A stretch of 37,589 nt of DNA, taken from Laspinema olomoucense D3b (GTDB lineage: Bacteria > Cyanobacteriota > Cyanobacteriia > Cyanobacteriales > Laspinemataceae). The stretch is from positions 299,902-337,490 of the forward strand of contig NZ_JAMXFA010000001.1 in the NCBI RefSeq assembly GCF_025370785.1, given 5' to 3'. Below, one piece after another: positions 1 through 10,185 of the stretch. Under the pieces are notes generated by a model that saw only the letters and a program-made list of their open reading frames with translations, was not told where the DNA came from and did not search any database. Made by a program: the position numbers and the translations under genes. Each line of letters begins with the position of its first letter. The stretch's first letter is position 1.

Positions 1-1053
1 TTACCCGCCAAAGTGGTCAAGCGCATCCTTGAACAACTCAGTCCCCAGGAACGTCAAACCACCTCCTTGCTGTTAGGCTATCCCCCAGACAGCGCCGGGA
101 GAATGATGACCCCGCAGTATATCGCGGTCAAAGAAAATATGACCGTGACACAAGCCTTAGACCGAATTAGAAAGTTAGCCCATGTCAGTGAAATCATTTA
201 TTATCTTTACGTTACCGATGCCTCTCGGCACTTAAGGGGCACGATTTCCCTGCGGGATTTAGTCGTCTCGGACCCGGAACAACTTCTATCAGAAATTACC
301 CGGCGAGAACCCGTCTTTGTTTCCACGGAAACCGATCGCAAGGAAGCAGCGCGATTAATTCAACGCTATGATTTTCTAGCCTTGCCCGTTGTCGATAGCG
401 AACAACGTCTCGTGGGCATTATCACCGTGGATGATGTCATGGATGTGGTGGAAGCCGAAACCACAAAAGATATTTATGCCCTCGGTGGGGTGGCAAGCGG
501 CAAAGAAAACTATTTTCAAACCAATATATTCACCGTGGCGCGAAAGCGTGTGGTTTGGTTGTTGATTTTATTAATTACAAATACAGCAACCTCAGCCGTG
601 ATTCGCGCCCGAGAAGATATCCTCGAACAAGTGGTCGCACTGGCGGCTTTTATTCCCTTATTAATTGATACCGGGGGGAATGTGGGTGCACAGTCCTCCA
701 CCGTGGTGATTCGCGGATTAAATATCAATGCAATTGGGGAAGGAAAAGTCTGGAGAACGATTGGACGGGAGACAGCAGCCGGGTCACTGTTAGGAATCAT
801 GCTGTCGCTTATTGTCACCATTTGGGCCTATTTCCTAGCGGGAAATCTCCTGGTTGCTATTTCCGTGGGAGTGAGTTTGCTGGCGATTACCTTCCTCGCC
901 TCCTTCGCCGGGTCAGCCCTCCCGTTTTTATTTGATCGCCTAGGATTTGAGCCAACCTTAATGTCAGCGCCCTTTATTACCACAGCAGTGGATGTCCTGG
1001 GGGTGTTAATTTATTTAACGGTGGCACAGCAGCTTTTGGGAGGTGCGGAGTGA
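1..1053 (+). CDS. mgtE: Mg2+ transporter MgtE, 5'-truncated by the window edge; frame is open from nt 1.
   Basis: Translation aligns residue-for-residue with the full-length MgtE downstream (CBS pair, GGNVGAQSSTVVIRG, C-terminal TM helices). It lacks the N-terminal domain because the window starts inside the gene. Confidence 0.85.
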   Translation, partial: LPAKVVKRILEQLSPQERQTTSLLLGYPPDSAGRMMTPQYIAVKENMTVTQALDRIRKLAHVSEIIYYLYVTDASRHLRGTISLRDLVVSDPEQLLSEITRREPVFVSTETDRKEAARLIQRYDFLALPVVDSEQRLVGIITVDDVMDVVEAETTKDIYALGGVASGKENYFQTNIFTVARKRVVWLLILLITNTATSAVIRAREDILEQVVALAAFIPLLIDTGGNVGAQSSTVVIRGLNINAIGEGKVWRTIGRETAAGSLLGIMLSLIVTIWAYFLAGNLLVAISVGVSLLAITFLASFAGSALPFLFDRLGFEPTLMSAPFITTAVDVLGVLIYLTVAQQLLGGAE

Positions 1054-1168
1054 CTGGGAACCCACTGGAGAGGTCCCGTTCGACTCGCCCTGTTTCGCCT
1101 GGGGTGACGAGTTCGCGTCCCCTTAAATTGTATAGAATAGGGATCGGACTGGATCCAGGGAGTTTAAC

Positions 1169-2569
1169 GTGACTGAACCTCAACCGATATCCTCTCCCCT
1201 CGGGACCCTGTCGCGGAGAGAAATACCTGACTTAGTGCGATCGCAACTGGAAGCCCTGCTCAGACAGGGGGACCTCCAGGGGGCTAAAGCGATTTTAGTC
1301 CCGGTTCAACCTGTGGATATCGCCGAAGCGATCGAAGGAATGCCTGAAGCGATGCAGGCGATCGCCTTTCGCTTGCTATCCAAACAGGAAGCAACGGAAG
1401 TTTATGAACATCTCGATACCAGCGTCCAACAGGTGCTTTTAGAAGACTTCAAGCGCCAGGACGTCCTAGATATCATTGGCAATATGTCCCCGGACGATCG
1501 CGCCCGACTGCTGGATGAATTGCCCTCGAAAGTCGTGCGCCGATTGCGGGCACAACTGTCTCCCACGGAATGGCAGTCCACCGCCCTGCTAATGGGCTAT
1601 GAATCGGGAACTGCCGGGAGAATCATGACCCCGGAATATATTTCCGTCCGGGAAAATATGAGCGTCAGCCAAACCCTGGAACGGATTCGCACCCTGTCGC
1701 CAGTGGCGGAAATTATTTATTACCTCTATGTCATGGATAGCGAACGCCGGTTAACCGGAATCGTTTCCCTGCGGGACTTGGTGATTAGTTCCCCCGAGGA
1801 AAAAATTAGTGAAATCATGACTCGGGATGTGGTATTCGTCCATACAGATACCGACGGTGAGGAAGTCTCGCGCCTGATTCAGCGCTATGATTTCCTAGCG
1901 ATCCCCGTGGTCGATCGCGAGCAACGCTTAGTCGGGGTCATCACCATCGATGATGCGATCGACATCATGGAACAGGAAACCACCGAGGATATTTATGCCT
2001 TGGGTGGGGTCCAAACCGATGGGGATAATTATTTTGAAATGAATTTATGGACAGTGGCGCGACGCCGTGTCGTCTGGCTGTTCGTCTTATTGCTCACCAA
2101 TACCGTTACCGGATCAATTATTAATTCCCAAAAAGAGCTATTGCAGCAAGTCGTCGTCCTCACCGCCTTTATCCCCCTGCTTACGGGTACGGGAGGGAAT
2201 GTCGGTGCCCAGTCTTCTACTGTGGTGATTCGCGGGATGAATACCGATGAAATTCGCTTACTCGGACCGCTCAAAGTCATCTGGCGAGAAGGAATTGCCG
2301 GTGCATTACTAGGGACAATTTTGGGAACCCTGGCCACCATCTGGGCTTTTTTCCTCTTGCGAGTCAATCTCCAGGTGGCTTTCTGTGTCGGCATCTCTCT
2401 GATTGCGATTTCCATTTTGGCATCGGTATCCGGTTCGGCCCTGCCGTTTTTATTCCGCGCCATTAAGTTAGATCCCGCCCTGATGTCAGCACCATTTATT
2501 ACCACGGCTGTAGATGTTTTGGGTGTTCTGATTTACTTTAATATTGCCAAGCTATTTCTAGGATTGTAA
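1169..2569 (+). CDS. mgtE: Mg2+ transporter MgtE, full length (466 aa): N-domain, tandem CBS, 5-TM channel.
   Basis: GTG start, with AGGGAG 7 nt upstream. CBS motifs and the GGNVGAQSSTVVIRG channel signature are present. It is a paralogue of the upstream copy. Confidence 0.9.
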   Translation: MTEPQPISSPLGTLSRREIPDLVRSQLEALLRQGDLQGAKAILVPVQPVDIAEAIEGMPEAMQAIAFRLLSKQEATEVYEHLDTSVQQVLLEDFKRQDVLDIIGNMSPDDRARLLDELPSKVVRRLRAQLSPTEWQSTALLMGYESGTAGRIMTPEYISVRENMSVSQTLERIRTLSPVAEIIYYLYVMDSERRLTGIVSLRDLVISSPEEKISEIMTRDVVFVHTDTDGEEVSRLIQRYDFLAIPVVDREQRLVGVITIDDAIDIMEQETTEDIYALGGVQTDGDNYFEMNLWTVARRRVVWLFVLLLTNTVTGSIINSQKELLQQVVVLTAFIPLLTGTGGNVGAQSSTVVIRGMNTDEIRLLGPLKVIWREGIAGALLGTILGTLATIWAFFLLRVNLQVAFCVGISLIAISILASVSGSALPFLFRAIKLDPALMSAPFITTAVDVLGVLIYFNIAKLFLGL

Positions 2570-2575
2570 TCTTCC

Positions 2576-2612
2576 TCACCCACGGCTTTCCGGGTGGGGA
2601 TTTTTCTGGATA
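2576..2612 (+). terminator. Putative intrinsic terminator after mgtE.
   Basis: Hairpin cccacgg-cttt-ccgggtggg followed by gatttttctgg, immediately after the stop codon. Confidence 0.4.
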
Positions 2613-2899
2613 ACAGCCGCTTGAGTCAATAACGAGGGGCAAAACAACAAAATGATTGATTAAACTCTTTGTTCATTGTTTACCCTATTTTTAAGGCTCG
2701 AACGCTCCGGGTTGAAACTAGAGGAATCATTATTAGTCTCAGAACAAAATTTTGGGCAATTTAGGCTCAATTGTGTCCGGTTTGACTGAAAAATTTGTAT
2801 CCCCCTTATATCAACATTTCTCCATAAAATGGAAAGATTAGGGGGATTTTTGATAAAATGGCACTTGTAATATAGGCTCCGGTGGGTGGGAAGGACTCT

Positions 2900-4468
2900 A
2901 TGTCAAATCACCGTCATTGGCTAGAAACCGCAGAATATGCTTCCTTGTTCGCGTCAGTGGTGGCGTCGATAGTGGCGGTTTTTTTTAATGGGGCTATCTA
3001 TGTAGCCGCCCCTTTGATTTGCAGTGCCCTGATTCTGAATGCGATCGCCCGGTATCGCCTGGAACACCAAACTCGCCGAGTCAGTGGAACAACGAATCGA
3101 CAGCATCGCCAATTGGCGGAAGAACTCGAAATGCTCACCCAACGGGTGGAACCCCAGAAGCAACTTCCCCTCCCTCAAGTGGAAGTAGAGGAAGGCAGCC
3201 GCCCCCCTGTGGCTACGGGGTCCCCGGATGAATTGGCTCTGCTTAAAACCCGATTGGGGAAATTAGAATCGGTGGATCTGTCCCAGATTCAGGGGGAAAT
3301 CGCGGGGTTGAAAGAGCAATATGCCTTGTTGGATGAAAGTCTGGGCAATGCGATCGCCTATCTGAATCGTTCATCCTTTGCCTACCGCTTAGAACGAGTG
3401 GAGGAGGCAATTTCCCAATTAACCTCGCAAATCGTGGTCCCGTCGCCCTCTCCTCGCCCTCAACCGGAACTGGCAACGCCGGAACCCCCCACATCCGCAA
3501 CCCCTTCTCAACCCGCCAAATCCAAACCGCCCGCGTCGAAAGTCGTGCTGCCGTCATTTGCGGCCCCCTCAGAACCCACGGCCCAGAATTGGATCTGTCG
3601 CCACAGTTTGCCCGCCCATGCGGACTGGGTGCGATCGCTGGGGATTACCCCTGATGGACAAATTCTAGCAACGGGCAGTTTTGATACCAGTATTAAACTG
3701 TGGAACCTGACTACGGGCGAACTGTTGCAAGTCCTTGCCGAACACAAACGGGGGGTATTTGCCATTGCGATCGCCCCTGATGGTAAAACCCTCGCCTCTG
3801 CCAGTTGGGATAAAACCATTAAACTCTGGGAACTCCCCACAGGAATTCCCAAAGAAACCCTCACGGGACATGGGGGTTCCGTCCGCGCCTTGGCGATCGC
3901 CCCTGATGGCAAAACCCTCGTTAGTGGCAGTTTTGACGAAACGATTAAATTGTGGGATTTGTCCAAAGCTGAATTAATTGATACCCTCACGGACTATACC
4001 GGACCCATCTTTTCCCTCGCCATTTCCCCCGATGGTCAAATTCTCGCCCGAGGCGGTGGGGACGGTACGATTACCCTGTGGCAGTTCCAAACCAAACAGC
4101 CGATTTCGGTCCTCAATGGCAGTTTAGAGGCAGTAGAAGCGATCGTCATCTCTCCCCAACAACTCCTCATCGGCGGCAGTGGCGACGGCAGTATTCAACT
4201 CTGGAATTTGGAAACGGGTGAACTGCTGTGGAGTCTGAGTGCCCATTTAGGACCCGTAACCGCAGTCGCCCTCGCCCCAGATGGGAACAGCTTTGCCACA
4301 GGCAGCGCCGATGGGACGGTCAAAATCTGGCATTTACCCACAGGTAAATTACTCTGCACGTTAACGGAAGAAAGTGGGGCCGTGATGTCCTTAGTTTACA
4401 GTCCAAATGGACAACTTCTCATCAGTGGCAGTGCCAAAGGAATGGTCAGAATTTTGGAACGGGAGTAG
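2900..4468 (+). CDS. Membrane-anchored WD40-repeat protein: two N-terminal TM helices, a coiled coil, a Pro-rich linker and at least seven WD40 blades.
   Basis: ATG at 2900 with GGAAGGA 5 nt upstream; the ORF tracker's GTG at 2882 is an alternative. Repeated 'IAPDGKTLASGSxDxTIKLW' WD motifs. Confidence 0.85.
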   Translation: MSNHRHWLETAEYASLFASVVASIVAVFFNGAIYVAAPLICSALILNAIARYRLEHQTRRVSGTTNRQHRQLAEELEMLTQRVEPQKQLPLPQVEVEEGSRPPVATGSPDELALLKTRLGKLESVDLSQIQGEIAGLKEQYALLDESLGNAIAYLNRSSFAYRLERVEEAISQLTSQIVVPSPSPRPQPELATPEPPTSATPSQPAKSKPPASKVVLPSFAAPSEPTAQNWICRHSLPAHADWVRSLGITPDGQILATGSFDTSIKLWNLTTGELLQVLAEHKRGVFAIAIAPDGKTLASASWDKTIKLWELPTGIPKETLTGHGGSVRALAIAPDGKTLVSGSFDETIKLWDLSKAELIDTLTDYTGPIFSLAISPDGQILARGGGDGTITLWQFQTKQPISVLNGSLEAVEAIVISPQQLLIGGSGDGSIQLWNLETGELLWSLSAHLGPVTAVALAPDGNSFATGSADGTVKIWHLPTGKLLCTLTEESGAVMSLVYSPNGQLLISGSAKGMVRILERE

Positions 4469-4469
4469 C

Positions 4470-4560
4470 AAACCAGGCGGGGGATAAATCGATTGGCGGT
4501 TGTTGCCTTAAGCTATTAGCTGGAGGTTTTAATCCCCAGCGGTTGTTACCACTAAAGTCG
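4470..4560. repeat. Degenerate copy of the GGCGGGGG/GGTTGTTGC palindromic repeat family in the convergent WD40/HDAC intergenic region; possible bidirectional terminator.
   Basis: It shares 'ggcgggggataaatc', 'ggcggttgttgcc' and 'ctaaagtcg' with the element at 11415-11617, and contains an imperfect long inverted repeat (gggggataaa ... tttaatcccc). Confidence 0.4.
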
Positions 4561-5469
4561 ATACTGACGATACACTTGAGCTGCAGCACGATGTAAGAGC
4601 GAATGGCGATACACCAAACCGCGCATATCCTCGCAATATCCGCCCCCAATGACACAGGCAACGGGATATCTAGCGGCGAGACAGGTGCTTAACACCTGCA
4701 TATCCCGCCGAAAAATCCCGGTATCACTCAGGGCTAATTTACCCAGGCGATCGCCTGCATGAACATCAACTCCTGCGTCATACAAGACTAAATCGGGTTG
4801 GAATTGTCCGAGTAAATCCGGTAAATAACCGGCGACGGTTTGCAAGTATTCATCATCCTCCATTCCTACGGGTAAAGGAACATCTAAATCACTGGTTTGT
4901 TTTCGCCCGGGAAAATTGGCCTCACAGTGTAGAGAAAAGGTAAAAACATCCGGGTCATTTTTAAAAATAAAGGCTGTCCCATCCCCTTGATGGACGTCCA
5001 AATCGACAATTAAGACTTTGCGAATCCCGGCCAATTTTTGGATCATCCTGGAGGCGATCGCCAAATCATTGAAAATGCAAAACCCTGATCCAAAATCGGG
5101 AAAGGCATGATGCGTTCCCCCGGCGGTGTTGCAAGCTAATCCGTGTTTTAATGCCAGTTTAGCGGTCAAAACTGCCCCACCAATGGAGATACAAGTGCGA
5201 TGGGCGATCGCCTCAGTCCAGGGTAAACCAATCCTGCGCTGTGCTTTGGGGTCGAGAGTGCCTTGGCAATATGCCTGGACATATTGGGGGTCATGGACGG
5301 ATTCAATCCAGTCCTGGGGTGGCAATTCTGGCGTGTGACACTGTTCGGGAGTGACAACGCGATCGCCTAAAAGCATTTCATAGAGTAACCGAAACTTTTC
5401 CATCGGGAAACGATGGGACGGAGGCAGAGGGGCCACATAGTCAGGATGATAAACGATGGGTAAGTCCAT
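4552..5469 (-). CDS. Histone deacetylase / acetoin-utilisation (AcuC-like) family protein.
   Basis: HDAC-fold motifs (HHAFPDFGSGFCIFND, DLDVHQGDGT), 305 aa. Confidence 0.85.
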   Translation of the reverse strand: MDLPIVYHPDYVAPLPPSHRFPMEKFRLLYEMLLGDRVVTPEQCHTPELPPQDWIESVHDPQYVQAYCQGTLDPKAQRRIGLPWTEAIAHRTCISIGGAVLTAKLALKHGLACNTAGGTHHAFPDFGSGFCIFNDLAIASRMIQKLAGIRKVLIVDLDVHQGDGTAFIFKNDPDVFTFSLHCEANFPGRKQTSDLDVPLPVGMEDDEYLQTVAGYLPDLLGQFQPDLVLYDAGVDVHAGDRLGKLALSDTGIFRRDMQVLSTCLAARYPVACVIGGGYCEDMRGLVYRHSLLHRAAAQVYRQYRL

Positions 5470-5565
5470 GTCAGGGAAGGTTTAGCGTTGCCGAGGTACA
5501 GTCACCTTTAAAATCTAATTTAAACTCTAAAATGGGAATTATTGATAGTAATCAGGAGGGCGATC

Positions 5566-6072
5566 GTGCAATTCATCACCTGGCACTCTGGGAATAGCAA
5601 TCCCGAGATGGTTGAAAATTTCGAGACAATCCGGCAATGGTGGCGCAACCTCAACGGCAAAGAGATCATCTTGCGCCAGCGTATCCTTCCGGGAAACGGC
5701 GATGTTCGAGAATTGGATTGGGAACCCCAACGCTTTGACGAAACCTTTGCGATCGCCAACCCCGATATACGCGGCATTACCCTCTATTGGACAAAACCCG
5801 GAATGCCAGACGAACGCAATACCACCGTCAGACAACTGCAACTCGACCCCAAACGGCAGCAACTCTACATTTATCCCCAATCCCAACCCACCCTCGTCAT
5901 GCAGATCGGACTCGCTGCCTTGAAATATCAAACCTTGACTTTGCAAGAACCAGAAATTTTTGTAGAAGACAATCAAATTTTAATTTTCCGGGATACCACC
6001 CGCTTAATCGAGGTCAAACTCAAACTAGATGCTCAGATTATTTCTTCTTTGAAAGAACAATTACCCGACTAA
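5566..6072 (+). CDS. Hypothetical protein, about 169 aa.
   Basis: ORF 5542-6072. Best start is the GTG at 5566, with AGGAGGG 5 nt upstream. The amino-acid composition is protein-like, whereas the overlapping minus-strand ORF is not. No recognisable domain. Confidence 0.45.
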   Translation: MQFITWHSGNSNPEMVENFETIRQWWRNLNGKEIILRQRILPGNGDVRELDWEPQRFDETFAIANPDIRGITLYWTKPGMPDERNTTVRQLQLDPKRQQLYIYPQSQPTLVMQIGLAALKYQTLTLQEPEIFVEDNQILIFRDTTRLIEVKLKLDAQIISSLKEQLPD

Positions 6073-6237
6073 AATAACCAGGCCCTCGCCTGTGCATTAC
6101 TCAACTTGTAAGACGAGAAATATTTTTTATGAGTTTATCCCCTTCACCCCATTGATTATGTCTTTAGAAACTCCTTCCAACCAAACCAATACTCCCCCGA
6201 AAAAAGGGAAAAAACTGCCCTCAAAAGTTATTATTAA

Positions 6238-7210
6238 AATGGGCAAATTTGTCTGGACGAGCCTATGGCAACTGATGATGTCCAAACTCGCCCCGCGTAA
6301 TCAAACTGGAGAATACATTCGTCCCATCAGCGAGTTTAGAAATTCCGTCGGAACCCAACCCGAAAACCCCTATCCCCCAGCTAAGGAACGGTATCGCCTG
6401 TATGTGGGATTGGGTTGCCCTTGGGCGCATCGGACCCTGGTGGTGCGATCGCTCAAAGGATTAGAATCGGCCATTTCCGTTGCCATTGTCTCCCCCTCTC
6501 CCGATGCCGGAATCTGGGTCCTGGATGAACCCGAATACGGCTGTCAAACCCTCCCGGAACTGTATGCGATCGCCCGTCCCGGATATCAAGGACGCTGCAC
6601 CGTTCCGGTCCTGTTTGATACCCAAACCCAGACCATTGTCAACAATGAAAGTGCTGAAATTATTATGATGCTCAATTCAGAATTTAATGAATTTAGCACT
6701 CATCCAGAACTCAATTTATATCCCGAAAAATTCCAAGACAAAATAGAATACTGGAACAATAAAATTTACCCTGCCATTAACAATGGCGTCTATCGCTGTG
6801 GATTTGCTCAAAGTCAAACCGCATACAACACCGCCTGCACGGAACTGTTTAATACCTTAGATGAAATAGATGCAGTTTTGGCGACTAATCGATACTTATG
6901 CGGCGACCAATTAACTCTAGCTGATGTGCGGCTATTTACCACATTATTTCGTTTTGATATTGTTTATCACGGACTCTTTAAATGCAATAAACGCCGCATC
7001 CAGGACTATCAAAACCTCGGACCCTATCTCAGGGATATCTATCAACTCCCGGGAGTAGCAGACACTTGTAATCTTGATAGTATTAAACGAGACTATTACG
7101 GTAATCTTTTCCCCTTAAATCCCGGTGGAATTATTCCATTAGGACCAACTATCACCAACTTACAGGAGCCCCACCATCGCGAGGTTTTAAGCCATTCTCT
7201 TAGTTCATAG
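6238..7210 (+). CDS. Xi-class glutathione transferase / glutathionyl-hydroquinone reductase (YqjG/ECM4 family).
   Basis: CPWAHR active-site motif. It is colinear with E. coli YqjG from the MGKF.W... N-terminus to the C-terminus. The ORF tracker extends it to 6092 via a GTG, but the family alignment supports the ATG at 6238. Confidence 0.85.
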
Positions 7211-7261
7211 TAACGACTGAAGTTGTGACTATGAACATTGCATAATAGGGTTTGTGGAGTT

Positions 7262-8872
7262 TTAAAAACCGATCGCCTTAAGTAGGGCGAGATGCTTGTG
7301 CAAGGGGGCGATCGTATTAGCGGCGATCGCCCCACTGGCGGCAACGGCAGGTAAACCGATTCCGGGAAAAGTGGAATCCCCACAGCAGAATAACCCCGAT
7401 AAGGGAGTGGTTGGACCCGGAAAAAAGCCGCTTCCTGCCGCAATGGCAGGACCATAAGAACCGCGATCGCGGCGTAAAAATCGCTCATGAGTCAGAGGTG
7501 TTCCCACCAAAGTCACCTCACATCGCTGCCGAATATCCGGAATAATCCGTTCTAACCCTTGCCACATCACCTCCGCCCGTTCTTGCTTCAAGTCTTGATA
7601 TGCCGCACTATTGCGCTCAAGTCCCGCCCATAAATGATAGGGTTCGTTCCCAGGTGTATAAACGTGAATGGCGTGCTTTCCCGGTGGGGCGAGGGACGGG
7701 TCTAACACCGAGGGAATGGAGACTAAAACGACATTTTGCGGGGCTGTAATCCCTTGACTCCAGTCGTTAACAATGATATAGTGACAGGCTAAATCAGCCG
7801 GTAATCCAGCAGCATCGATGCCGAGGTGCAGGTGCATGAAACTCTCACAAGCGGGAGTGCCTTGACGGCGATCGCGAAACGATTTCGGAACTGCATCCTG
7901 GGGTAGTAATTTCAAAGTATCCCACACCGACGCATTGGATACCACCGCTTGACGGGCGTGAATCACCTTCCCTCCCCGCAGACGTACGCCTACCGCGCGT
8001 GAAGCGAAGCTATCCCGAAGGGAATCGCCTGCCACCAGCACTTGTTCTACATGAGCATTCAGGCGCAACCGTCCCCCCTGTTTTTCCAGTCCCCGGACCA
8101 AGGCATCTGCGATCGCGCCACTGCCGCCAATGGGGTACTCTAGCACGACCCCGGGTCGATACCATTCCGCAAACATAAAGGCCATTTCTGCGGCGCTAGT
8201 CCCCGAGGCAGGCAGTCCAGAGAGCAGAAAACAGAGCAAATCCAACCAGTTGCGGATAAACGGGTCCTGAATCACCTCATCCATGACTCGACTAAAGGGC
8301 CCGGTAAGTTTAACGATGTTTCCCAAGTGAGGCAAAACCGCTGGTGCAAACCGTGCTGTGGCGATCGCAGCCCCCCAATCCCAGCGCAACGCAGTGGGAG
8401 GAATCGCCTTCGCTGCTGCCGCTAACGGTTCCATAACTTGTTGCAGCTTCCGCCATTCCTGCACCGCACCCCTGCCTCGCAACTGTTGCAGTACCTCACA
8501 AAACGGGTCTGCACCCACGGCAATATTCAATTCCCCTTCCGGAAGATAACAACCCCAAGTATCATAAGTCACACAAGGGACTGTTTCACCAATGGCATCC
8601 AACACCTGTTTAAGTGGGTGAGCCGAGTGAGGGTCAGACAACCCAGAATGCAACGACGGACCCGAATCAAACGTATATCCATTCCGAGAAAACCCATGCG
8701 CTGCACCCCCTGCAATGCTATGACTCTCACAAACCGTCACCGCAAACCCATACTGTGCCAATAATGCAGCACAGCACAATCCACCAATTCCACTCCCGAT
8801 CACCACGATATCGGTGAGTTCTTCTTCAGACGGAGGAGTAACAGAATCAAAGGGTTTAGAAAGAGGCGTCAC
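7262..8872 (-). CDS. NAD(P)/FAD-dependent oxidoreductase, phytoene-desaturase/carotenoid-isomerase-like family (COG1233).
   Basis: N-terminal dinucleotide-binding motif VVIGSGIGGL, 536 aa, amine-oxidase-like fold signatures. GTG start; the exact start is uncertain. Confidence 0.8.
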   Translation of the reverse strand: MTPLSKPFDSVTPPSEEELTDIVVIGSGIGGLCCAALLAQYGFAVTVCESHSIAGGAAHGFSRNGYTFDSGPSLHSGLSDPHSAHPLKQVLDAIGETVPCVTYDTWGCYLPEGELNIAVGADPFCEVLQQLRGRGAVQEWRKLQQVMEPLAAAAKAIPPTALRWDWGAAIATARFAPAVLPHLGNIVKLTGPFSRVMDEVIQDPFIRNWLDLLCFLLSGLPASGTSAAEMAFMFAEWYRPGVVLEYPIGGSGAIADALVRGLEKQGGRLRLNAHVEQVLVAGDSLRDSFASRAVGVRLRGGKVIHARQAVVSNASVWDTLKLLPQDAVPKSFRDRRQGTPACESFMHLHLGIDAAGLPADLACHYIIVNDWSQGITAPQNVVLVSIPSVLDPSLAPPGKHAIHVYTPGNEPYHLWAGLERNSAAYQDLKQERAEVMWQGLERIIPDIRQRCEVTLVGTPLTHERFLRRDRGSYGPAIAAGSGFFPGPTTPLSGLFCCGDSTFPGIGLPAVAASGAIAANTIAPLHKHLALLKAIGF

Positions 8873-8940
8873 AGTTGCTTAATCAGAGATTCAGGACATG
8901 ATGTGCCCATGATATCAGCCCAGAGAATGAAAAATATACT

Positions 8941-9171
8941 TCATGACTCAATCAACCGTCTGACTTGCGCTAAAGCCTCTTCACCGGAAATGGGCTCAAC
9001 CGAGCCATTTCGGACCTCATCTCTCCGGCGCTGGGCTTCAGTCACCCAAGCTGCCTGAATTGCTGAGTCAGCATTGAATTCCAAACTTTCCACTAACTTA
9101 TCAGCGAGAAGTGCTCTCACTTCACTAGGCAGGGATAATATTTCCTCAGTCAGTTGCTCAATTGACCGCAT
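8941..9171 (-). CDS. Putative addiction-module antitoxin component (TIGR02574-like), solitary.
   Basis: 76 aa; the pattern 'LSLPSEVRALLADKLVESL...' is typical of this antitoxin family. There is no room for a cognate RelE/ParE toxin downstream, because the oxidoreductase gene follows directly. Confidence 0.55.
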   Translation of the reverse strand: MRSIEQLTEEILSLPSEVRALLADKLVESLEFNADSAIQAAWVTEAQRRRDEVRNGSVEPISGEEALAQVRRLIES

Positions 9172-9314
9172 AATTTTTGCCCCAACATGGAACTGTCAAA
9201 TCCAAATTGTAGCAGATTTTGGTCGAGTTCAGTGGGGTGGAGTATTTCTCCAGCATCGCCCATCTGTTTCTGCCAGAAGAAAAATATCCAGGAGAGCCAG
9301 AAATTTGCCCGATG

Positions 9315-9827
9315 TCAACGATTTTGAAAAAGCTCTTCAACCGACTTCATCGGCAAATATAGCTTCATCGGCTCCTCATTAAATTGCTTAAAGCCGTATT
9401 TGATATAAAAGCTCAACGCTTTATCATTCAAGGCTTTGACAATGACAGCGATCGATGCAACTTGCATGGCAGCATCTAAATACTTTTGAAGGGCATTTAT
9501 CAGTAACAGTTCACCCAAACCCTTGCCTTTTTGCTCATTATCAACCGCGAGACGACCTAATAGAGTGGCCGGTAATGCTGGATACCGGGGTAATCGTTTA
9601 GCAAAGTTTTCTTCCAAGGCTGCCACATTAACCGTGTAAGAAGAGAGTGTATAGTAACCTAAAACATCCATCTTCGGCTCATCAATTAAAACAAATACAG
9701 TGGAGACCCGGTTTTTCAGGTCTTGAGAGGCTTGTTGTCGGATGTAGGTATCTAAACTTTCTTCTCCACAGCAAAAGTTGGAGCGGATATGGGTTCGACT
9801 CTCAAGCAGGTTGATTTTAAGAACCAT
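9315..9827 (-). CDS. GNAT-family acetyltransferase toxin of a type II TA pair (TacT/KacT/AtaT-like).
   Basis: 170 aa with the 'FCCGEESLDTYI', 'LGRLAVDNEQKGKGLG' and 'SFYIKYGF' motifs. Its ATG overlaps the antitoxin stop (TAATG). Confidence 0.85.
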   Translation of the reverse strand: MVLKINLLESRTHIRSNFCCGEESLDTYIRQQASQDLKNRVSTVFVLIDEPKMDVLGYYTLSSYTVNVAALEENFAKRLPRYPALPATLLGRLAVDNEQKGKGLGELLLINALQKYLDAAMQVASIAVIVKALNDKALSFYIKYGFKQFNEEPMKLYLPMKSVEELFQNR

Positions 9828-10114
9828 TAGCCCGACATCACCTGTTTGTACCGTAAAGCTGCTGATTTTAAAGCATCATTAGGTTTCGGAGGAGTGAGAA
9901 TCGCATCCACAAACGCTTCACTGTCTTCCCGACTTAGCTTGAGAGTTTGGTGATGCTCAATCACCCTGTAGGCTTCTGCTTGAATAGCTGCCACCACAAA
10001 ATCTGTCAGGGTTCGTCCTTGTAAATCAGCAGCCTTCTGCACAAGAGCCTTAGTTTCCTGGCTGATACGAGCTTCCAGCCGCGCTGAGGATTTGGAATCC
10101 GTTGGAGGAGTCAT
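9827..10114 (-). CDS. DUF1778 (ribbon-helix-helix) antitoxin, TacA/KacA-like partner of the GNAT toxin.
   Basis: 95 aa; 'RLEARISQETKALVQKAADLQGRTLTDFVVAAI' is the DUF1778 signature. GGAG lies 9 nt upstream of the ATG, and the gene is translationally coupled to the toxin. Confidence 0.85.
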   Translation of the reverse strand: MTPPTDSKSSARLEARISQETKALVQKAADLQGRTLTDFVVAAIQAEAYRVIEHHQTLKLSREDSEAFVDAILTPPKPNDALKSAALRYKQVMSG

Positions 10115-10154
10115 GGGGGTTGCTCCGTAATATGAGATAAAAGCTATGAATTAA

Positions 10155-10185
10155 GGATATACGGCAATTTGCCGGATGTCAACCC
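10155..10185 (-). promoter_or_regulatory. Candidate TA-operon promoter with an embedded palindromic operator.
   Basis: On the minus strand, TTGACA, then a 15-17 nt spacer containing the perfect palindrome CGGCAAATTGCCG, then TATATC. It sits about 30 nt upstream of the antitoxin start. Confidence 0.35.

Noticed and set aside
1054-1168. M-box (Mg2+) riboswitch between the two mgtE genes.
   Set aside because: The spacer is only 115 nt, shorter than an M-box aptamer, and I could not recognise the conserved M-box helices.
2954-3990. Several 68-160 aa ORFs on both strands inside the WD40 gene.
   Set aside because: They are alternate-frame or antisense artefacts within a well-supported long CDS, with Arg/Pro-rich improbable composition.
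5539-5976. Minus-strand 145-aa ORF overlapping the hypothetical gene at 5566-6072.
   Set aside because: It is antisense to an ORF with better composition and a strong RBS. It has no RBS of its own and has biased G/L/P content.
9074-9382. Small ORFs (9074-9382 plus-strand, 9158-9340 minus-strand) between the orphan antitoxin and the GNAT toxin.
   Set aside because: They have no RBS, overlap each other on opposite strands, and resemble neither a RelE/ParE toxin nor any other family. The region is more likely the promoter and UTR of the orphan antitoxin.
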